Part shown: one piece after another, positions 7,530 through 16,466 of the stretch
Layout: each line of letters starts with the position of its first letter
How positions within the stretch are numbered: position 1 is the first letter of the stretch
Virus record (IMG/VR): IMGVR_UViG_3300045977_000215
Coordinates: 1 to 53,292 of that record
From: a virus
Lineage: Duplodnaviria > Caudoviricetes
DNA: 53,292 nucleotides
Reading direction: 5' to 3' (one strand)
The notes under the pieces: model-generated
What the model was told of the DNA's origin: nothing
The model's database searches: none
What the model saw: only the letters and a program-made list of their open reading frames with translations
Translations under genes and position numbers: made by a program

Positions 7530-9104
7530 GTGGCCACCAGTCCGCGTCTGCCCACCATCGTGGAATTCGTGCGCACGATGCTCGGGCTGTCGCTCTCGCC
7601 GGCCCAGGAGACATTGCTGCGCGCGATCTACGGGCTGCCGCTGGAATCCGCGGAGCAGGAAGCGATCTTTCAGCAGTGCACGGGGCGGGGGACGTATACG
7701 CCCGGCAAGCCCTTTTCCGAGGTGACGGTCCTGGCGGGCCGGCGCAGTGGGAAGGATTCGCGGATTGCGGCGCCGATCGCGTGTTACGAGGCGATCTTCG
7801 GCGGGCACGAGCCGTATCTCGGGCGGGGGGAGGCGGGGGTGATTCCGCTGGTGGCCCAGGACGAGCGCGGGACGCGGATCGCCTACAAGCTGATCCACCG
7901 GTATCTCACGGACTCGCCGCTCTTGAGCCGGATGGTGAAGGACGTGCGGCAGCGCGAGATCGACCTCACGAACGGCCTGTCGGTCTATTGCTTCGCGTGC
8001 TCGGCGAAGTCGCTCCGGGGGTGGGGCTCGCCGGCCGCGGTCATGGACGAGGTCGCGTTCTTCCGGACCGAGGCGGGGACCGTGGTGGACGACGAAGTGC
8101 AGTCGTCGATCCGCGGGGCCGGGGTCGCGTTTCCCCAGCAGCGCCTGGTGAAGATCAGCACGCCGAACGGGAAGAGCGGTGTGCTGTGGGAGGACTTCAA
8201 GCGCTACTGGGCCCAGGACGCCGCGGATGTGCTGGTGTGGCACGCCCCGACGACCCTGATGAATCCGACCGTCACCGACGAGCGACTGGCGCGGGAATAC
8301 CGGCGCGACGCCAAGAAAGCGGGCCGGGAGTACGAGGCGCTCTTCGTCGACGACGTCGAGGCGTTTCTGACGCAAGCCCACATCGAGACGGCGATCGCGC
8401 ATGGCCGGTCCACGGACCTGGCGCCGATCGCGCCGCGGCCCTACTACGTGGCGGGGGTGGACCCGTCCGGCGGGGTGCGCGATGCGTTCGCGCTGTCGGT
8501 GTGCCACGTGGAGGACGGGACGCGGATCGTCCAGGACCTCGTGCGCGCGTGGAAACCCTCACGGACGGAGAAGGCCCGGCTGAGTGAAATCTGCGCGGAG
8601 ATCGCCGCGCTGATCCGGCCCTACGGGATCGCGTCGGTGACGGGTGACAAGTACGCCGCACAGTGGGTGAGCCAGGAATTCCAGCGTGTCGGGGTGTCCT
8701 ACACGCCCTACGACGGCGACAAGTCGAGCGCGTATCTGGCCTTCGAACCGTTCATGACCTCGGGTCGGGTCGAGGTGATCGACGACGCCGAGCAGGTCCG
8801 CGAGCTGACGTTGCTGGAAAAGCATCTCCGCGTGGGGGGGAAACCGCCGCGGATCGATCATCCGAAGGGCAGCCACGACGATCTGGCCAACACGCTGGCG
8901 CTCTGCGTCGCGACCCTGGCGCCCAATCTCTCCCCCGCGGTCGATGTCAGCGTGGCGCCGCCGACCGAGCTGGTGACGCGGCCGGGGATGCGCCTCGGCC
9001 AGGCGCCGGACCTGGAGGACCCCGACCGGACAGGCCGCACGCCGACGCGGTTCTGGTCCGAGCGCGGGCGCGCGCGGTTCTGGCGGCAGGAGGTGGCCGC
9101 GTGA
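7530..9104 (+). CDS. terL: Terminase large subunit
   Basis: Walker A AGRRSGKD, Walker B VMDEVAF, coupling motif ISTP, nuclease AGVDPSGG...HDDLAN. Confidence 0.93.
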   Translation: MATSPRLPTIVEFVRTMLGLSLSPAQETLLRAIYGLPLESAEQEAIFQQCTGRGTYTPGKPFSEVTVLAGRRSGKDSRIAAPIACYEAIFGGHEPYLGRGEAGVIPLVAQDERGTRIAYKLIHRYLTDSPLLSRMVKDVRQREIDLTNGLSVYCFACSAKSLRGWGSPAAVMDEVAFFRTEAGTVVDDEVQSSIRGAGVAFPQQRLVKISTPNGKSGVLWEDFKRYWAQDAADVLVWHAPTTLMNPTVTDERLAREYRRDAKKAGREYEALFVDDVEAFLTQAHIETAIAHGRSTDLAPIAPRPYYVAGVDPSGGVRDAFALSVCHVEDGTRIVQDLVRAWKPSRTEKARLSEICAEIAALIRPYGIASVTGDKYAAQWVSQEFQRVGVSYTPYDGDKSSAYLAFEPFMTSGRVEVIDDAEQVRELTLLEKHLRVGGKPPRIDHPKGSHDDLANTLALCVATLAPNLSPAVDVSVAPPTELVTRPGMRLGQAPDLEDPDRTGRTPTRFWSERGRARFWRQEVAA

Positions 9105-10762
9105 GTCTCCCGCGCTGGCTCGCCTGGCTGGCCCCCACGCCGGACCCGCGCGTGCTGGACCTCGAGGCGCGCCTGGCCAGCGTGGAGGCGCAGACGGAGA
9201 CCCGCGTGCGCGAGGCCTTCGCCATGGGCGCCCTCCGCGCCGAAGACCAGGCCGACCTGGCGCAGGGCTATCGCCGGCTCTCGGATGCGCAGGGCAAGAA
9301 TCCGTGGCGCCGCGATCTGCAGCCCCTGGCGCAGGACCAGATGCAGCGCCTGGTCTACTGGCTCTGGGAGTCCAATCCCCTCGCCAAGTGGCTCATCGAG
9401 ACGCCGGTGAATTTCATGCTCGGCGAGGGCGCCTCGGTCATCAGCCAGAACGATCAGGTGCGCGCGGTGATCGAGGCGTTCTGGGGCGACCCCGTCAACC
9501 AGCTCGACCGGCGGCTGCGGACCTGGGCGCGAGAACTCCTGCTCTACGGGGAACTGTGCCTGCCGGTGTCGGTGAATGCCATTGACGGGCATGTGCGGCT
9601 CGGCTACGTCGACCCGCTGGCGATCGACGAAGTGGTGACCGATCCCGATAACGCCTTGATCACGACGGCGGTCCGCATCAAGTCCTCGGTCACGGGCGGC
9701 CCGAAGCAGCTCCTGAAAGTGATCCGCGAGGACACGCGCCGCGCCTCCTCGACGCACGGTCTCCTGATGCCGAACGCGATGCTGGAACGCGATCTCGCCA
9801 CCGGCGAACCCTACGCGGGGGCGTGCTTTCTGTTCCAGATCAATCGCGTGTCGAGCGCGCGGCGCGGCCGGAGTGAATTGCTGCCGGACATCGACTGGCT
9901 CGATGGCTTCGACGCATTCCTCTTCGACTCGATGGACGCCGCCAGCCAGTTCAACACCTTTCTGTATGACGTGACGCTGGAGGGCATGAGCGAGGATCAA
10001 ATCCGCGCGTGGCTGGCCAACAACACGCGGATGAAGCGCGGGATGATCCGCGCCCACAACGAAAAGGTGAAGTGGGCCGAGGTGACGCCCGACCTCAAGG
10101 CCCAGGACAAGGACGCCTACGCGAAGCTCCTCCTGAGCTTCATCCTCGGTGGCCATTCGATCCCGCTGCACTGGTACGCCAGCGGCGAGGGGGTGTCGTT
10201 CGCGAGCGCCAAGGAGATGGGGCTCGTCCCGGTGAAGGCGTTCACCAGCCTCCAGCAGGAAGTCCGCCGACTCATCGCCGATCTGGTGCGCTTCGCGATT
10301 CATCAAGCCATCCGCGTCGGCGCGTTGCCGGAGACCGTGGTCGTCGGGCAGGTCGACGCGGCCGGATCCTCCACGGCGATCACGGCGCCGACGGACTGCG
10401 CCTTCACCGTCGTCCTGCCGGAACTCTCGATGCGCGACCAGGCGGCCATCGTCGCCGCGATCAACGGGTTGACGGCCGCGACCCAGCAGGTCGTGGCCCT
10501 CGGCTGGATGCGTCCGGAGACGGCGGCCCGCGTCCTCGCCAACATGTATTCGCAGCTCGGCATGGACATCAAGCCCGAGGAGGAGTACACGCCGGGCGCC
10601 GGGCCGCAGGGTGCCGCGCTCCAGGACTACCCCCAGCAGGACCTCCAGCGCCTCATGGCGCAACTGCAACGGGTCGGGCGCGGCGATGGCGAGAACCTTG
10701 GCCAGCCGAAGGACGATCAGACCGCGCGCCGCGCGAGTGTCGCCGCGGGGGGATCGGCATGA
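9101..10762 (+). CDS. Portal protein
   Basis: Position after TerL; ~553 aa; NPLAKWLIE...GELCL...LGYVDP...RGRSEL. Confidence 0.85.
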   Translation: MSLPRWLAWLAPTPDPRVLDLEARLASVEAQTETRVREAFAMGALRAEDQADLAQGYRRLSDAQGKNPWRRDLQPLAQDQMQRLVYWLWESNPLAKWLIETPVNFMLGEGASVISQNDQVRAVIEAFWGDPVNQLDRRLRTWARELLLYGELCLPVSVNAIDGHVRLGYVDPLAIDEVVTDPDNALITTAVRIKSSVTGGPKQLLKVIREDTRRASSTHGLLMPNAMLERDLATGEPYAGACFLFQINRVSSARRGRSELLPDIDWLDGFDAFLFDSMDAASQFNTFLYDVTLEGMSEDQIRAWLANNTRMKRGMIRAHNEKVKWAEVTPDLKAQDKDAYAKLLLSFILGGHSIPLHWYASGEGVSFASAKEMGLVPVKAFTSLQQEVRRLIADLVRFAIHQAIRVGALPETVVVGQVDAAGSSTAITAPTDCAFTVVLPELSMRDQAAIVAAINGLTAATQQVVALGWMRPETAARVLANMYSQLGMDIKPEEEYTPGAGPQGAALQDYPQQDLQRLMAQLQRVGRGDGENLGQPKDDQTARRASVAAGGSA

Positions 10763-12459
10763 TCGCCCGGGTCACGTTGCAGTCCACGCCGCAGGAACGA
10801 TTCATCGAGCAGATCGCCGCGATTCGCCGGCAGCTCGACGCCTTGCCCGCCGAGGCCGTGCGCGCGCTGACCGAGGAAGTCGACCGCGTGCGGCGCCAGG
10901 TGCTCGCCGAGATCGCCGCCGGACCGGAGGGATTCCCAGAGTACCGACTCCGCGACCTCGCCCGACGCCTCGCCGATGTGCTGGGCCAGTTCGCCGCGCG
11001 CTACGAGACGGTCCTCGGCCCGATCCAGGCGCAGATGTATACCGCGGGGGCGGAGCTCGCCGCGCGCCCCCTGGTGGACGCCGGGGTGACCTACGCCGTG
11101 CCGCAGATCACCCGGCGGCAGCTCGAGGTGCTGCAGGGCTACCAGGCCTCCCTGATCTCCGGCGTGGCCGAGGACACGGTCCGGGCCATCACGTCGACCC
11201 TTCGACTCGGCGCCCTCCGGGGCGAGAGCGTGCCCGAGATTCTCACCCGCGTGGCCGGCCGCCTGGACGATCCGGGCCCGTTCGGTACGCTGGCGACCCG
11301 CGCGGAAGCGATCACGCGGACGGAGCTCGGCCGTGCGCAGGCCATCGCGACCCAGGCCGGCCTCGACGAGACACGGCGCTTTGTCCCCGATCTGAAGAAA
11401 CAGTGGCAGCACTCTGGCAACCGCGGGCCGTACCGCCGGCTCGGGCATGTCGAGGCGCACGGGCAGACCCGGGACGTCGACGCGCCCTTTCGCGTCCGGC
11501 CGGCCCCGGGCCACCGCTACGAGAACCTCATGTTCCCGCGGGATGCCGCAGCCAGCCCGGAGAACTCCGTGTTTTGCTTTCTGCCGGGAACACTGGTGAG
11601 CGGCCGGTTTGTCGGCGCGCTAAAAGCCAGGTACGCGGGGCCGGCGCGGGAGATCAAGACCGCGCGGGGACAGCGGTTGCGCGTCACACCCAATCACCCC
11701 GTATTGACCTCGGACGGTTGGCTCCCTGCGGGCGAGATTCAGGAAGGCCAGGCACTGCTCGGCTATCGCGGGCATGAGAACGGGTCGTTTTTGGGGCTGG
11801 GGGATGTAGATGCCCAGGACCGACCAGCCAGCATCGAGGATGTATTCCAGGCGCTCTCGGTTCAGTCCGCCCCACTGCCCGCCCCCTACGCCATGCTGAA
11901 TCTCCATGGCGATCAAGTCTGGACATATGGCGATGTCCAGGTTACGGGGTCCTACCGGGAACTGTTGCTCTACCGCGACGCCCGCGCCGCGGAGGAGCGC
12001 AGCGAGTTCGTCCTCATGACGGAACCGTCGATGTTGTCCGGCGTACATGCTCTGAGCCCTCAACGTCTTGGTCGCCAGGCTATCTCGCTGGCCGGTTCTG
12101 GCCGCGTGGGCGTTGGCGTATTGACGTCGCGCCCTGTCGGGCTCGGCCCGAAGCCGGGCCCACACGAGATGTCCAGCGTCGGCACTTCCTCGGAGCTGGA
12201 CGCCGCGCTTGGTGAAGTGGCCCGTCAACGCGCAGCGGGATATCCCGGTGTCACGGCTCAGCTTGAGGAGCGATACCCCGGCCTGGTAGAGGCCGATCAG
12301 GTCGTCAAGGTTCGGGATATCGAGCATCGCGGCCATGTCTACGACCTCCAGTCGCCGATGGGGGTGCTCGTCGCTGACGGGATTATAGCCAGTAATTGCG
12401 GATGCATCTCCGTTCCCTGGCGCGAGGAATGGGCCGGCGACCTGGGACGCGCCGCGTGA
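10759..12459 (+). CDS. MuF/SPP1 gp7-like head morphogenesis protein, intein-containing
   Basis: RAEAITRTELGRA, KKQWQHSG..R..H...HGQ, LMFPRD; terminal NSVF/CGC motif split by a Hint intein. Confidence 0.9.
   Translation: MIARVTLQSTPQERFIEQIAAIRRQLDALPAEAVRALTEEVDRVRRQVLAEIAAGPEGFPEYRLRDLARRLADVLGQFAARYETVLGPIQAQMYTAGAELAARPLVDAGVTYAVPQITRRQLEVLQGYQASLISGVAEDTVRAITSTLRLGALRGESVPEILTRVAGRLDDPGPFGTLATRAEAITRTELGRAQAIATQAGLDETRRFVPDLKKQWQHSGNRGPYRRLGHVEAHGQTRDVDAPFRVRPAPGHRYENLMFPRDAAASPENSVFCFLPGTLVSGRFVGALKARYAGPAREIKTARGQRLRVTPNHPVLTSDGWLPAGEIQEGQALLGYRGHENGSFLGLGDVDAQDRPASIEDVFQALSVQSAPLPAPYAMLNLHGDQVWTYGDVQVTGSYRELLLYRDARAAEERSEFVLMTEPSMLSGVHALSPQRLGRQAISLAGSGRVGVGVLTSRPVGLGPKPGPHEMSSVGTSSELDAALGEVARQRAAGYPGVTAQLEERYPGLVEADQVVKVRDIEHRGHVYDLQSPMGVLVADGIIASNCGCISVPWREEWAGDLGRAA
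11620..12336 (-). CDS. Antisense intein-nested endonuclease: N-terminal HTH + DUF559/Vsr-like nuclease (238 aa)
   Basis: LIGLYQAGVSLLKLSRDTGISRCAL (HTH); EDELAALL...EQQFPVGPRNLDIAI...IAMEIQHG...RLEYILDAGWSVLGI; GGAGGT 7 nt before ATG. Confidence 0.8.
   Translation of the reverse strand: MAAMLDIPNLDDLIGLYQAGVSLLKLSRDTGISRCALTGHFTKRGVQLRGSADAGHLVWARLRAEPDRARRQYANAHAARTGQRDSLATKTLRAQSMYAGQHRRFRHEDELAALLRGAGVAVEQQFPVGPRNLDIAICPDLIAMEIQHGVGGGQWGGLNRERLEYILDAGWSVLGIYIPQPQKRPVLMPAIAEQCLAFLNLARREPTVRGQYGVIGCDAQPLSPRGLDLPRRPRVPGF
12337..12387 (-). promoter_or_regulatory. Antisense -10 box and Shine-Dalgarno for the nested endonuclease
   Basis: Minus strand reads TATAAT (12387-12382) ... GGAGGT (12349-12344) cgtagac ATG; no clear -35. 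Confidence 0.65.
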
Positions 12460-12640
12460 GCCCGTCCAGAACCCCCGAGCCGCGCCGGCCCGTGGCGGCG
12501 TCACCGCCGACGCCGGTGAGTCCCCCGGCGCCCCCGCCACGGGTCCGGCCGGCGCTGATCCCGAAACTGAGCGCCCTGCATCTGGCGGGATTACCGCATG
12601 ACGCCGAGCGGTGCCCGACGTGCCGCACCGAGGAGAAACC

Positions 12641-12850
12641 ATGATGGACGAGAAGACACCGACCCCGTCGCCGGAGGCGCCCATGTCCGAGGCGCTCGCG
12701 GACAAGCACTACGAGCAACGCCGGGCCGGCCTGCTCCCGCCCGATGCCGCCGCGGATCAGAAAGTCCTCGCCGCCCGGGACCGGAAGGCCAAGGACGCTG
12801 CGGCCGCGGCACTGGCCGAAGCGGCCCGTCGCGCAGCCCGGGGCCGGTAG
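12641..12850 (+). CDS. Small hypothetical protein
   Basis: GAGGAG RBS; helical Ala-rich sequence. Confidence 0.6.
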   Translation: MMDEKTPTPSPEAPMSEALADKHYEQRRAGLLPPDAAADQKVLAARDRKAKDAAAAALAEAARRAARGR

Positions 12851-12859
12851 GCCGCCGCG

Positions 12860-15379
12860 ATGATCCGGCAGGAGGGCGGGAAGTGGGTCCTGCGGTCGCG
12901 TGACGGCGACAAGGTGCTGGGCCGGTTCGACTCCGAAGACGACGCCACGCGCCACGAGGCACACGTCTCTCGGTTCTCGGAGGCGGTGGTGGCCGCCTGG
13001 CATGCGCGCCAGCCGGACTCGGTCGACGCCTGGCGCGTGAGCGAAGTCTTTGACGACGTCGCCGTGGTGTCAAAAGATCGGATGTTCCGCCGCGTGCCCT
13101 ACACGATCGAGGGCGACGCGGTGACGTTCGGATCGCCCGTCGAGATCAACGTCCACTTCGAGGAGATCGGCGAGTCGACCCCACTCGGCCGGCCGACGGA
13201 GCCCACCGGCTCGACCTGGGAGGTGCGCGTCCTGAAATTCGGTCGCTCGCTCAACGGGTGGCTCTGGACTCGGGAGGCCGGCGAGAAGCTCCTAGCGCAC
13301 CTGAGCTCGGCGCCGGTCGGGTGCTACGCCTACCAGGGCGTGACCGCGCACGCGGCCGAAGAGGCGGTGCTGTCGGCCAACGGGCCGGTAGTGCGCAACG
13401 TCGTCGGCGATATCCAGGCGCCCCGGCTCGAGGCGGACGGCGTCTATGCCCAGTTGCACATCCACGAGGACGCCGGCTGGCTGAAGACGAAGCTCCTCGG
13501 TCTGCAGGCTCGCGGCGTCGTCGATAAGGTGCTCGGGCTCTCGATCGATACCCTCGCCGGCTACGTCCCGGTGCAATTGCGCGAGGGCGCCACGAAGGCC
13601 ATCAAGGAGATCGGCCGGCTGATCTCGGTGGATATCGTCACCTCGCCGAGTGCGGATGGCCGGTTCGTGCGGGCTACGGCCGGACCCTTGCTCATGCCCC
13701 ATTCCACCACCACGCAGGAGGACCTCATGACCCGCGAGCAGATTCTCCAACTCATCCAGGCCAATCGGCCCCAGCTCCTCGCGGGCCGGGCGATCGAATC
13801 CATCACCGACGAAACCCTCCAGCTCTTGCTCGGCGACGCCATCAAGCTTGCCGCGCCAGCTCCTGCGCCGGCCCCGACGCCTCCGCCGCCCTACCAGGGC
13901 GGCGCGGGGACACCGCCCGCTCAAACGCCGCAGTGGGCGGCCGACATGGAACGCCGCTACGCCGTCAGCGTGACCCAGGCGCGCGTGGTCGAGGCCCTGG
14001 CTGGCGCCGTCACGCTGTCGGAGCTGGCGCGCGAGCGCGTGCGCAAGGCGTTCGTGGACAAGGTGGCGGACGCCGCGGAGATCGCCGCGCGCATCCAGGA
14101 AGAGCGGGAGTACCTCGCGGCGCTGTCGGGGTCAGGGGAGATTCGCGGCTTCGGCGCGACCCGGACGGAAGTGCTCGCGGCCCCGCTCGACAAGGTGCAG
14201 GCCGCGATGGACAAGATGTTCTTCCAGGACCTGGAGCCGGGGAGCCTCGACCTCGCGCGGTCCTTGGCGAATTCGCCCTTCACGCCGACCGCGCGCGCTC
14301 GGCTGCTGGAGTCCTACAAAGCCCGCGATGCCGCCATGAGTCGCGACCCTGGTCTGAAGTTCAAGGGGCTGCGCGATGCCTACGCGACCATCACCGGCGA
14401 CGAGGACATCACCGGGCATGTCGTGCGCGCCCGCGCCTCGGAAGCCATCCTCTCCACGACCTGGGCGGACATCCTCGGCAACACGCTCTATCGTCGCCTC
14501 TTGATGGATTACGCGCTCCCGCAGTACAACGAGCGCTCCATCTGCGACTTTGGCACGGCGCCGGACTTCCGGACCCGAGAAGTCGTGCATCTGAACTACT
14601 TCGCCGATATCTCCACGGTCGATCCGGAGTCTGCGGACTACACGGAGATCGCGGCGCCCGGGGACGACAAGGTCACCTATGCGGTGACCCAGCGCGGGAA
14701 CATCCTGACCATTTCGCGCAAGACGATCATCAACGACGATCTGAGCGCGGTCTCGCGGCTCGTCGGGCGCCTGGGTCGCTCCGCCCGCCGCACCCTGGCC
14801 AAGCACATCTGGGCCTTCTGGAACACCAATGCGGTGTTCGATGTCGATAGCGTGGCGTGGTTCAACGCGGCCCACGGCGCCAACACCTCCACGACGGTGC
14901 TCTCCGCGGATGCGACCGGCGCCGCCGCGGTCCGCGTCGGCATCACCGCCCTGATGAATATGGCCGAGCCGGGCTCGACCGAGAAACTTGGCATCCCGGA
15001 CCTCAATCAGCTCTGGCTCGATGTGCCGATCGCGCTCTGGACGGTGGCGGATGCGCTGAACCGCGCGCCGGAATTCGGCGCCGGCACCAAGAACCTCGTG
15101 TCGGGTCTCTTCGGCGCCAATAACGAGCGGGTGAACGCGAATCCGCTCCTGACGGATGCGACCGACTGGGGCGTCCACATGTCACCGGGCACCAGCGGGC
15201 GCGAGTCGCTGCGCGTGGACTTCCTGCAGGGCCGCGAAGAGCCTGAGTTCTTCCTGGCCGACCAGCCGACCGTGGGCCAAGCGTTCATCGCGGACAAGAT
15301 TCAATACAAGATTCGTCACGAGTACGGCGGCGACCTCATGGACTACCGCGGCGCCTTCAAAGCCATCGTGGCCGGCTAA
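12860..15379 (+). CDS. Fused prohead protease-scaffold-major capsid protein (Mu gpT-like capsid)
   Basis: N-terminal protease-like region (VGDI...LGLSID...SVDIVTSPSADGRF), Pro-rich linker, C-terminal FLQGREEPE...YKIRHEYGG..MDYRG. Confidence 0.85.
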   Translation: MIRQEGGKWVLRSRDGDKVLGRFDSEDDATRHEAHVSRFSEAVVAAWHARQPDSVDAWRVSEVFDDVAVVSKDRMFRRVPYTIEGDAVTFGSPVEINVHFEEIGESTPLGRPTEPTGSTWEVRVLKFGRSLNGWLWTREAGEKLLAHLSSAPVGCYAYQGVTAHAAEEAVLSANGPVVRNVVGDIQAPRLEADGVYAQLHIHEDAGWLKTKLLGLQARGVVDKVLGLSIDTLAGYVPVQLREGATKAIKEIGRLISVDIVTSPSADGRFVRATAGPLLMPHSTTTQEDLMTREQILQLIQANRPQLLAGRAIESITDETLQLLLGDAIKLAAPAPAPAPTPPPPYQGGAGTPPAQTPQWAADMERRYAVSVTQARVVEALAGAVTLSELARERVRKAFVDKVADAAEIAARIQEEREYLAALSGSGEIRGFGATRTEVLAAPLDKVQAAMDKMFFQDLEPGSLDLARSLANSPFTPTARARLLESYKARDAAMSRDPGLKFKGLRDAYATITGDEDITGHVVRARASEAILSTTWADILGNTLYRRLLMDYALPQYNERSICDFGTAPDFRTREVVHLNYFADISTVDPESADYTEIAAPGDDKVTYAVTQRGNILTISRKTIINDDLSAVSRLVGRLGRSARRTLAKHIWAFWNTNAVFDVDSVAWFNAAHGANTSTTVLSADATGAAAVRVGITALMNMAEPGSTEKLGIPDLNQLWLDVPIALWTVADALNRAPEFGAGTKNLVSGLFGANNERVNANPLLTDATDWGVHMSPGTSGRESLRVDFLQGREEPEFFLADQPTVGQAFIADKIQYKIRHEYGGDLMDYRGAFKAIVAG

Positions 15380-15400
15380 CGCGAGAGGAGCCACACCCCC

Positions 15401-15793
15401 ATGGCCGCACCAAACTTTCCAGCGCTGGGGTCCAGCATCGTCCCGGTGGTCATCACGCTGCAAGGCACCATCGCGGCGGCGACGATCGCCGATATCGTCA
15501 AGTTCAACATGCCCTTTGATGCGTGGCTGCTCTATGCGACCTGCTGTGCCCAGGCGAAAGGCGGGACGCAGGGCACGTCGACGCTCACCGTGCTCAATGC
15601 TGGCCAGGCCGTGACGAACGCCATGGACCTGGCGACGCCGGCCGCCAAGACGGTAGTGGAGGGGACGCTGGTGGCGGCCGAGCAGGATATCGCGAAGGAT
15701 GCCGCGGTCACGGCGGACCTCGTCATCTCGGGGGGCTCGGCCCCGACGCTGAGCCACATCACCATCACCCTCTGGTTCCAGCGCCGGGGGTGA
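15401..15793 (+). CDS. Putative capsid decoration protein
   Basis: Immediately after MCP; beta-rich 130 aa; GAGGAG RBS. Confidence 0.6.
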   Translation: MAAPNFPALGSSIVPVVITLQGTIAAATIADIVKFNMPFDAWLLYATCCAQAKGGTQGTSTLTVLNAGQAVTNAMDLATPAAKTVVEGTLVAAEQDIAKDAAVTADLVISGGSAPTLSHITITLWFQRRG

Positions 15794-15797
15794 TCGC

Positions 15798-16466
15798 GTG
15801 ATCTCCGACTGGCAGACCTTGGTGGAGGCGAAGGTGCAGGACACCGCCGGCATCCTGTCGGCGATGGACTACATCAACGCCATCGCTGAGGCGGTCGGTC
15901 TCTACTCCGACGACTATCCGCGGGAGCGCGTGACCACAATCACCGGAAACGGCGTGGCCATGGACTTCGCGCTCCCGGCCGACGCCACCGACGTGGTCAG
16001 CGTCGAGTACCCCGTCGCTCAGCAGGAACCGGAGTATCTCGACGAGGACGACTGGCTGGTCATGACCCAGCCGGACGACACGCAGATGCTCCATCTGACC
16101 GCGCTGGTGCTGCCGAATGCCGCACCGGCGCGGGTCCTCTACAGTGCCCCGCATAGCGTGACGGCGACGGTCGACACGGTGCCGCTGGCGGATCGAGGGG
16201 CCGCGTCGAATCTGGCCGCGGCCGTCTGCTGCCGTCAACTCGCGGCGTATTACTCGCAGACCTCGGACTCCACCATCGCGGCGGACGCGGTGAACTATCG
16301 GACGAAGAATCAGGAGTATCTCGCCCTGGCGCGCGCCTACGAAGAGGCCTACCAGCGGGCCGTCACGGGCGGGGGACGCGCGGCCAGTGTCAGCAAGGAC
16401 GTCGAGGATGTTGCGATGTTCGCCCAGGGGTCTGGCGTGCCCCGCTTCTACCACGGACGGCGATGA
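15798..16466 (+). CDS. Putative head-tail adaptor
   Basis: Position and size; acidic sequence. Confidence 0.6.
   Translation: MISDWQTLVEAKVQDTAGILSAMDYINAIAEAVGLYSDDYPRERVTTITGNGVAMDFALPADATDVVSVEYPVAQQEPEYLDEDDWLVMTQPDDTQMLHLTALVLPNAAPARVLYSAPHSVTATVDTVPLADRGAASNLAAAVCCRQLAAYYSQTSDSTIAADAVNYRTKNQEYLALARAYEEAYQRAVTGGGRAASVSKDVEDVAMFAQGSGVPRFYHGRR

Larger units (their letters stand above)
11575..12396 (+). mobile_element. Intein (274 aa) in MuF
   Basis: Block A CFLPGTLV, block B LRVTPNHPVLT..GW, block F VYDL, block G GIIASN followed by extein Cys+1. Confidence 0.92.

Noticed and set aside
8663-9100. Long upstream extensions of portal (and of MuF, DnaC-like, MTase and others) in the ORF track
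   Set aside because: They overlap the preceding genes; the true starts are the stop-overlapping ATG/GTG codons
7503-10669. Long minus-strand ORFs opposite terL and portal (and similar ones at 512-1555, 28450-30630, 52128-53195)
   Set aside because: Codon-aligned shadow ORFs expected in high-GC genes; no motifs or RBS, and the sense strand keeps strong GC3, unlike the intein case
11770-12290. Sense-frame LAGLIDADG/HNH endonuclease within the intein
   Set aside because: No block C/E or HNH motif is visible
12397-12459. MuF C-terminal polymorphic toxin
   Set aside because: Only 20 aa follow the intein; no toxin domain or immunity gene
12337-12705. N-terminal extension of the antisense ORF to 12705 as given in the ORF track
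   Set aside because: Low-complexity translation; the SD and -10 box point to ATG 12336
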